A stretch of DNA of 57,234 bases, the filler included, from Sphacelaria rigidula (Eukaryota): assembly GCA_964200075.2 (NCBI GenBank). It is 8 parts of 8 records of this genome, joined end to end, with 100 filler letters (N's around TTAATTAATTAA, not from the genome) between each part and the next. Parts side by side here need not be neighbours in the genome. Positions count along the whole stretch, not along the records: positions 43,003 to 50,068 come from CAXNAA020016661.1; positions 50,169 to 57,234 come from CAXNAA020016662.1; 6 more parts are not named here. The stretch is one strand, 5' to 3'. Shown here piece by piece: positions 49,430-57,234 of the stretch. The position numbers were made by a program, and so were the translations under genes. The stretch's first letter is position 1. Each line of letters starts with the position of its first letter. The notes beneath the pieces are model-generated. The model saw only the letters and a list, made by a program, of their open reading frames with translations, did no database searches and was not told where the DNA came from.

Positions 49430-49660
49430 CCAATCATTCATTTCGAGGATAGAGCTTTTCATTGAGGATGAAAGCCCGGATAATTAATGTCTTCGCATCC
49501 ACACCAACGGTTCGAGATATGGCTCCATTCCTTCATCTGCTGGTAGCTATCGACAACTGCTACACGCTCCACACATTTGAATTCCGTTTATCGAAATTTG
49601 GGGGCCCTACGTGAAAAAAGAAATGTTGGTTGTAAACATGATCCGGCCGGATCACCTGAA
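49430..49660. repeat. Half copy of the foldback family at 31229 and 35186
   Basis: gagcttttcattgaggatg...catccacacca...gacaactgctacacgc. Confidence 0.7.
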
Positions 49661-50068
49661 TCTCCAACTCAGGCGCATGTAATGTCATCGCTCTTCACAG
49701 AACAGTCTCCTGTTTTCCAAAACACAACACAGTGTGAAGCTATGCTGTCAACACGAGAGGGGTCAGGCAGTAGGGACTACGAGCAGAGTGAAAAGCACGT
49801 TGTCTGTGTCCATGTTATCTCTGGTTGCACACGCGACCATCTGGCTACCCCCAAACTTCCTCCAGGCCGGTCAACCTTTCGAGCCTCCAGAGGGATTCAA
49901 CGCCTCCGACGGGGTGCGTAATCGAGTATACTCACACTCAATGTTGGATACACGCGGACAGGCCTGGATGAGTTGGAAATGGAAATAGTGGTTGGATTAT
50001 GACATATGGGTGAAGGGCATATAAGAGATACAGTTCTGTTATTAAAGGTATACCCGATATGTTGGTTG

Positions 50069-50168
50069 NNNNNNNNNNNNNNNNNNNNNNNNNNNNNNNN
50101 NNNNNNNNNNNNTTAATTAATTAANNNNNNNNNNNNNNNNNNNNNNNNNNNNNNNNNNNNNNNNNNNN
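50069..50168. other. Artificial contig spacer
   Basis: N44-TTAATTAATTAA-N44. Confidence 0.98.
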
Positions 50169-50478
50169 TGTGACCACGGGTTCGCGAGATCGGACTAATG
50201 TGCGAAAATAATGATAATAATGATAATAATGATAATAATAATCGCACTTTTTCGATCGAAAAATGGTGTACGAAATCAACCCTTTTGGAACCGGATTCGC
50301 AGAAACATGTGGTTTAGACGCAGGGGCCTTTCGTGAATTGGCATCATCTTCGTATATGATGGCGATTCACGGAAACGCCGCTGGGTGCAAACCCCATGTT
50401 TCTGGGAGTCCGGTCTCGAAAGGGTTCAGGGCGTGTCTTAGGCAGTGTCTTAGCACATCAGTTTACGATCGAAAAAGT

Positions 50479-50592
50479 GCGGTGGAGAACAAAAATCCCA
50501 ATCAGATGGGCCATGATTTCAACCATCTTCAAAAACTCAAACCGATGGTTGAAATGACGACCCATCAGATCGGGATCTTTGTTTTCCACCGC
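50479..50592. repeat. ~114-bp hairpin
   Basis: gcggtggagaacaaaaatccc...atttcaaccatc pairs with gatggttgaaat...gggatctttgttttccaccgc. Confidence 0.8.
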
Positions 50593-53500
50593 TGTGTCGT
50601 GGGTACACAAAATTCGACCCACTTGAACGACGAGAGAAGGTCATCTGTTGGATCGGCATCAACTCCACTTGAAAAAGATATGCGTGGTCCAGATGGACTA
50701 GCCTCGAGGTCTAAGGGTTGACGGTCGGCAAGGGAAGGGGACCGATGAGGTCGTGTCTTATCAATTTGTTTCCCTGTCGAAAACGTGCGGTCGCATCGAA
50801 TTCGCTCGTTTCTGATTTGTCCACGCTGTTTATGTTCGCATGGTTGAGAACATGGATGCCGTGGACGTATCAAGTACGAGCAAATTCGATTGCACTGCTG
50901 AATGATTTCGAGTCGGAAACAATTCGATAAGACACGGCCTGAACCCCCTCTTGGGAAAAATAAATAAACGCAAGTACCGCAGAAAGAAGGTGGAGAACTA
51001 AAAGGCGAATAAACAAGAAACGCTCCTGTATTGGCCTTCCTCCTGTGTGACCGACATATACCGAAAGGTGTACACCGACGTCCAGAATAAATAGGATGAC
51101 AATACACACACACCGCACAATTTCGACGAAAACTAATGTACTCAGACACGCCCCAACCTCTGACATGAATATGGTGATATTAAACGTTTTGTGTTCATGA
51201 TCTTCTTGCCTCACCGAAAGCCACACGCTGGTGTAATGGGCGTGCTGTCGCTTGGAAATATGTGAATATGTCGCCGAAGTTCCGAACCGAATTTGACCGC
51301 ACGCGGTCTGGGTGTGGGTCGGTCTCATACCTTCAATCGTATGGGTGCCCCCGAGATGGATACAAGTACGAGTCATTCTTCAGGTGAACATGACGCAGAA
51401 TTGACGCACGAGAGGGTGGTCAAATCAAGAGGCCAATGGCGACCTTTGCGAGCTTTCAAGAGGGCCATCGTTCATCACTTCGATTCGGTTGAGGCACTCA
51501 ATCATCGTATGATAACAGGGTTGAACACGACATATTTTGAGGTTGTTGGTTCATGTCAGCATTTATATAATGTAACAAGGAAGCTCCAATTGTAATTGCA
51601 TTCAACTAGAGTGCTGTAGTAACAGAGGCATCTCCAACTAAAGGTTGGCGGGATATTTCAGAGTCGGTAATTTACGGGTTAAATGTATCGGGAACTTCGA
51701 GCTTGAGATACTGTACCTGTAACAGTATCTTGAAATAGTAGCCACGAACTGGCGATGGCATCATGCATTCGATCAGACGAACTGTGTGTTCTCAAGACTT
51801 CAAGGCTGTTCACGCCAACTGACGGCTGTGACAATTCGGCAGCGGGGTGACTACGCTTCGGTCATGGAACAAAGGCCAGCATACTGCATGCAAAACATTG
51901 GTCTACTCATCTCTACCTTCATGTTCTTTAGCTGCGTGTTTCCCTTTTGTTTTCACATCGGGCACGTGAATCGTGAATCATGTGACCACGAGTGGATCCG
52001 GGGAGTATCAGTGAAGGTGCGGCAAGCAATCAATCAAGGCAGAATAGAACGTGTGTCGTCTCGTGCAGGGGATCTACGACATCACGATGGACCACCGCAT
52101 CTCGAGGACCGGAGACAGCGCCGAGGTACATGATAAATAGTCGTCGAATATGACCGCCACTCATTGACGGGTGTGATTTTGTCAGCGGCGGCCATTTGAT
52201 TCATCACGACTCATCGCGGTCGCCATGATGGACAGTCTTTTGCTGTGATGCTGGTGCAACAAAACTGATCCAACTGCTATGAGCTTCCTGTTAGACCTAT
52301 ACAGACAGTCTGCAGGTCGCATACTCCCAACCGGACTCGTGCGCATATAGTGGCTTGTTCAGCGGCTGTAACGATTCCTCGAAAGTATGTCTGTGAGCTT
52401 GAAAAGTTGGGGCATATATATATATATATATATATACTCCATATATACATATCCACTTCTGGAAAACATATATCGAACAACACCCCCCACAAGAAACGGT
52501 GGTTGGCGAGGAAACTCTGCTACAACCAAGGAAAAAATTCAAACTGGACGATTTCGTCGCTCAAGGAGCAGCGGTCTGACACTCTACGAGATGACCGGAA
52601 ACGTTACGAAAGGCAGATAGGTGACAATCGACCAAGACAAGTACTGTAACGACCATCTTGTAGAGTTCCGAGCGCAGTAAGAATGACACTCCACTGCTGC
52701 ACTGCTGTTCCGACTATAACTGCACTGCTGTTCCGACTGTAGCGGGAGTTCCGATGCAGGCCGTAATTGCGGACACAGGCAGGTACAAACAGTAGACAAG
52801 GGTCCCGCACAAATACATAAACATTTGAACAACAGAACATTGGACATGAGGAAATATACAGCACATACACCTCGTGCTGTGCACATGATTTCAGCGGTGG
52901 TCTGAAATACAGCCACAGGTCGAATCGCACAAGCGGGAAAATGGATCACGTTACACAAGAACGCATGCTCACCGTGTCGGTAGTATAGCGTCCACATTAT
53001 CAAGCGTAAAATGTACGGGTCTTACGGGGCCAGGCCCGCCTGCGCCGCCCTGTTTGCTCCGCCAACCTGAACTTTCCGGGCTAGGCTTGACATGCACAAT
53101 ACGGTTCTGATTTAGTGCTCGCTCCGGATAAGACGCCGCAGGGGGGGCGTTTCTGGTGTTGCGGCTGCTACTGGTGTTACTGCTGCTGTCCTTGCTGTTG
53201 TTGATATTTTTACCATCGCCGTTGTCGCTGGCGCGAGACATGGCGTCCCGAAGCCCGACTATCCGTATAGTGGTTGTCAGGAGGGTACGGAAGGGGGAAA
53301 AAGTTGGTAACCTGTTCAAGTCTCCCGTTACAGGTGTTGCACGCCCTTTTCCCAGGTGCAGCCCAGTCAATAATTTTTCTTCTACTCAGACCCGCAGAAT
53401 GTGATAATACAATGGAAAATAACAGAAGTCCGAACGACCCTACGCTCGCTCTACATCTTGGCACTGCACGGCGCAGAGTCGGCAGTGCAGCCTCCATCAG

Positions 53501-55443
53501 CGTATCAACAGAAGTAAACTCTCTATTACTTTAGTGAACGCGGCACCGTAGTGAGGCAGTGGCACGAACGACATGTTGAGGCAACGATGCACGCGACAGC
53601 AACTGCACCGATTTGGTGGCCATCACTTCTTGCTACCTCCCCCGCCGCTGTCTCGATGTAGCGTCCACAGCTCCCCTCCAACGGTCCTCTGTCGATATCA
53701 GAGCTCATCCAGCCACAACAGTTCAACTTATTCTACGCTCCCGGGGTTTGTCCGACGGTCATCGATGTTAACGCGGGGGCCCATCACGTCACCACAGTTC
53801 GGTGGTGGTGTTCAACGATGTCGGCTGACCCTCCCGTCTTACGGGGGATCATCAACCCCAACAGCAGCCAGGGCAACACCATCAACGGGCGTAGTAATCA
53901 ACCCTCAACACCGAAATGTACCAACTGGTATGGCAGCGTCATCATGTGGATCGCCAACGACGAAGCTGTTACATTACAAGACTACACGGAGAATGTCGGG
54001 GGGTTCTTATCATCCTGCCCCGGAGCATGCCCGACCACCACCGTTCGACAGAAAAGGTCGACCCCTCGTGGAGCGCGGAATCGTCAGCTCTAGGCGCCAT
54101 GTGCCTGACCGAATCAGCAAGACGCCATATTTCTTCACTGGAAAGGTCCGAGAGCTGGACGACCTTGTGAGTGGAGCTTTGAGGCTGGGTGGGTTCAAGT
54201 GTGTAACGCGCACCCGCGTGACGGAGGTGTTATCTGACGTGGAACTGTTGCCGATGCTGTTTTACTCCTTTTCACAGCAATGCGATGCAGAAGATTGAAG
54301 ATTGTACAGATTGGACTTCACGGTCGACGAGGGAAAGAGGCTGCTGAACCCCACTCGCGATAAAAAAATAAGGCAAGCACCACAAATGGAAGGTGGAGAA
54401 ATAAAACAAATGAAAAAATAAAAGAACTCTTGTGTTGGCATTCCTCTTGTGTGACCCCGGCTGGTGCGCCCACATATTATACCGAAAGGTGTAGACCGGC
54501 GTCCTAAATAGATGAGATGACAACACGACACACACAGAGAGTGGTCAGTAGTGCAGGAATGAAATTATATCAGGTGATACGGGGAGACTGGGCGACCGCG
54601 TTGATGGTTGTTCCCAACAGAATGATGAATTGTGTGCCAGGTATAACAGTTACCCTCAAGTGGTGAGTAGTGTCTACCCAGAGGGCGCTCGGATCAGGTA
54701 AATCTGACACCGTAGCCGGGCTATATACCAAAACCAGGTAACACCACCCCGTGGTCTCGCCTCGCCCCCCACACGCACAACTAGCCAGTGGTGACGAGGC
54801 GGACTATCGTTCTCACCCGAGGTCTCGTCTTGCTTCACTCACACACATATTACAGCGACATCCAGCCTAGTCCTCATGGCTCGCCAACCCTGAGCGACGA
54901 GATCAAGAGGGTACCGCCTGTACCGCCGTAGCGTCCAGGAGTGCTGTCCTCAAAACTAAAAACTAGTCCCAAGAACACTGTCACTCTTCTCCAGGCCGCG
55001 TGCGAGGGGCAAGAGTGGGGGCGGGGAGGCCAGGGTGCGTGTGGGACACGATACGCTTACCCTTGGTACGCTTTGAGTATATCGCAGCTTTGGCAATACG
55101 GGGATAAATGCGAGAAGATGGGCTGACACGGAAACGGATGTACCCCTGTCTGTTCCTATCGGTTGTTGACTTTGTCCTCAGTCGGTGGTCTAGCTGCGTG
55201 CCCTCGTGTTTGTCCGTACATGCGCTACTGTGATGCATTCTTCGGGTTCATCACTTCTGTAGTTCTTCTCTTCTCGTTCTTTCCCCATTTCTCTCCACGT
55301 GTTTTTTTCTCCCGATGTATGCAAGTAGCGATTCGGTGCCTCCTTTCCGTAGGGTTCATGGATGAGAACTTCATGCCCGAAATAGTGCGGTCGAAATTGA
55401 TGAGCCACAATCTGTTCTCACGGCTAATTATTTTTTCGATTAA

Positions 55444-56497
55444 CCCTGTTGGGACTGGGCCTCCGAAACGACCAATGAGGCTGGTTGGGGATGACGTGTC
55501 ATGCATATGCATGCAACAGTGGCTTCATGTTGCTAAAAACCAACGTATGTATGTAACGGCAGAGCTAGATGAAGACCGAAAGTTTCATCAGATCTACTTT
55601 GAGGTGCAGGTACAATCTGTCTGAACTATAACTCGGGTGTTGTGCGCGTCACTTAATGTACAGATGTATCAAGCAGTATGAGTCGCGGTGGAGAGTTTTC
55701 AACAGGATGTGGCAACCGCCGCCCGCCACCTGTGGCCTTGGATGTTGTCCCCATGACCTTGCCACACAGCCCTTTGTGGTCGAGGTGGGCCGCGATTTCC
55801 CTCTTTGTTGCAAGCGGGAAATTCTCTTCGAACGGCATGGTTGTTGCGCCGCAGATACAGTACAGTACAGAGCAGCACGCCTTTCCAAATGCAGCAGCAG
55901 CTGCCGCTGCATACCCCCTCACATGTTCTAGACAGTTCTCCGCGATAGAGATCAGCTGCCTATACACGGCAAGTTCGTTACCGTCGACTACGGACGACCT
56001 AACCGCCGCTTGTACCGCTTCGACAGAGGGATACGCAAAACTCATGCCTCTGGCTCCGTCTCTCGTCCCACAGCGTTTCCAGATTCAGTCGCCTTGTGAA
56101 CATGACTACATATATGTAAGATACATTTATTACCGAATTTCCCCCGAGCACGACGTGTTGGTGTTATCAACTAGGGTTTACTAAAGGATGGTGACCTAAA
56201 AAAAATCAGGGGATGGGAGGTCGGGCCTACATAAAATGGAAGTAAAAGATGAAATAATCGGGAATCCGAGCCCCGACAACTTGGGGTTCCACTTGCTTCG
56301 AGGGTTTTTTGGTGGACCAGGGACAGAGTACACCAGCTTTGCAGTGACATCACTCCCAGCGACAGCCCCCCCCCACTGGTCGTTCTGATGTGGTTGATAA
56401 ATTTCGCCTCACCCTGATGGGACAGGTCGCTCTGAGACCTCTTTATTATTATGTCACTAACACATGGTGAGCACCTTGTCAGTGAGGCCCAAAAGGG
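55444..56497 (-). mobile_element. Complete 1054-bp piggyBac-like non-autonomous element
   Basis: TTAA|CCCTGTTGGGACT ... AGGCCCAAAAGGG|TTAA (TTAA TSD, CCC/GGG termini). Confidence 0.85.
55653..56045 (-). CDS. Orphan ~130-aa ORF carried by the piggyBac-like element
   Basis: MSFAYPSVEAVQAAVRSSVVDGNELAVYRQLISIAENC...; homologous reading frames in two other copies; probably frameshifted near the C-terminus. Confidence 0.5.
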   Translation of the reverse strand: MSFAYPSVEAVQAAVRSSVVDGNELAVYRQLISIAENCLEHVRGYAAAAAAAFGKACCSVLYCICGATTMPFEENFPLATKREIAAHLDHKGLCGKVMGTTSKATGGGRRLPHPVENSPPRLILLDTSVH

Positions 56498-57160
56498 TTA
56501 ATGATGAGTGTGTGCTTTCGCGCGAGACCTTTTCCGCAGTACCCATGTTGCAGCGGCCGGCCAAATCCATTTATTTTATTTTTCTTGTCATCTTTGCCCC
56601 CCTGACCTACTCCGTTATTCTGTTCTACATTCCTGTTTTATTCACTTTCCTTCAGCGAGTGTTTCTGTCTTGCTTTATTTCGGGCACGTCCATCATGTGA
56701 CCACGGTTGGATACCCGGGAGTATTATATCAGTTCAATGTGCTACAATCATTCAAAAAAATCAACCAGTTTCAAGATTTCATGTTTGGTTGGCAACTTGG
56801 CGGCACTCGTACCATGCGCTCTACCAATCGAGTCAAATTGCAGCACGGGAGAACAAGGAAAAAGAAGAGAAGAAAAATGAAGAAAGCGAGCAGAATGGGA
56901 GAAAATGCTAGACTAAATCCTACTCCAGGTCCCGCGAGGAAATCCCTTATAGACCTTCGCCGCGTGGCCTCAGAAAATGGGACCGTACAGGAAACAAAAT
57001 CAAACACAAGACATGAAATGAAAAACTATTCGCCTGAAGCGACAAGGTTCGCGTTGGGGGTGGGTGTGATCCGCGTGACAGGGCAGCAAGGAGCACGTTT
57101 CCCCATGCAGCACTTTCGGCTGAGCGTACAACGGGGATGATGACGTCTTATACACGAGAT

Positions 57161-57161
<1 letters not shown>

Positions 57162-57204
<43 letters not shown>

Positions 57205-57234
57205 ACCCCGCCCCCCCTCCCTCCCCCTCATCCC
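57162..57234. repeat. Poly-C tract at the contig end
   Basis: Long C homopolymer; likely cause of the assembly break. Confidence 0.9.

Noticed and set aside
52969-53370. Ser/Asn-rich minus-strand ORF as an exon
   Set aside because: Plausible splice sites (~53024-53262) but low complexity and no supporting neighbouring exons.

Overview
This window is not contiguous DNA. It is eight unlinked contigs of near-identical length (1-7067, 7168-14234, 14335-21401, 21502-28568, 28669-35735, 35836-42902, 43003-50068, 50169-57234; 7067 or 7066 bp each). They are joined by artificial 100-bp spacers (N44-TTAATTAATTAA-N44), i.e. a size-sorted pool of unplaced scaffolds. The DNA is eukaryotic, intron-containing and very repeat-rich; TE style and TTAGGG repeats suggest a brown alga/stramenopile (inference). 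Contents: four decayed Ty3/Gypsy LTR retrotransposons, two solo LTRs, a pogo-like and a Sola/DUF7869-like transposase remnant, many MITE, foldback and non-autonomous DNA-transposon families (TGT..ACA, piggyBac TTAA/CCC, CAC-ended, Harbinger-like), four exons of an MPPED/239FB-type metallophosphoesterase and one LRR (LRRC71-like) exon. The most notable signal is a C5-cytosine-methyltransferase-like domain embedded in a Gypsy pol (about 790-1620, minus), between an RT fragment and the pre-integrase linker. Also notable: an integrase with a chromo + Tudor/PWWP-like tail, possible tRNA-independent self-priming LTRs, and a conserved orphan ORF carried by piggyBac-ended elements. All domain calls are by eye; no searches were run.
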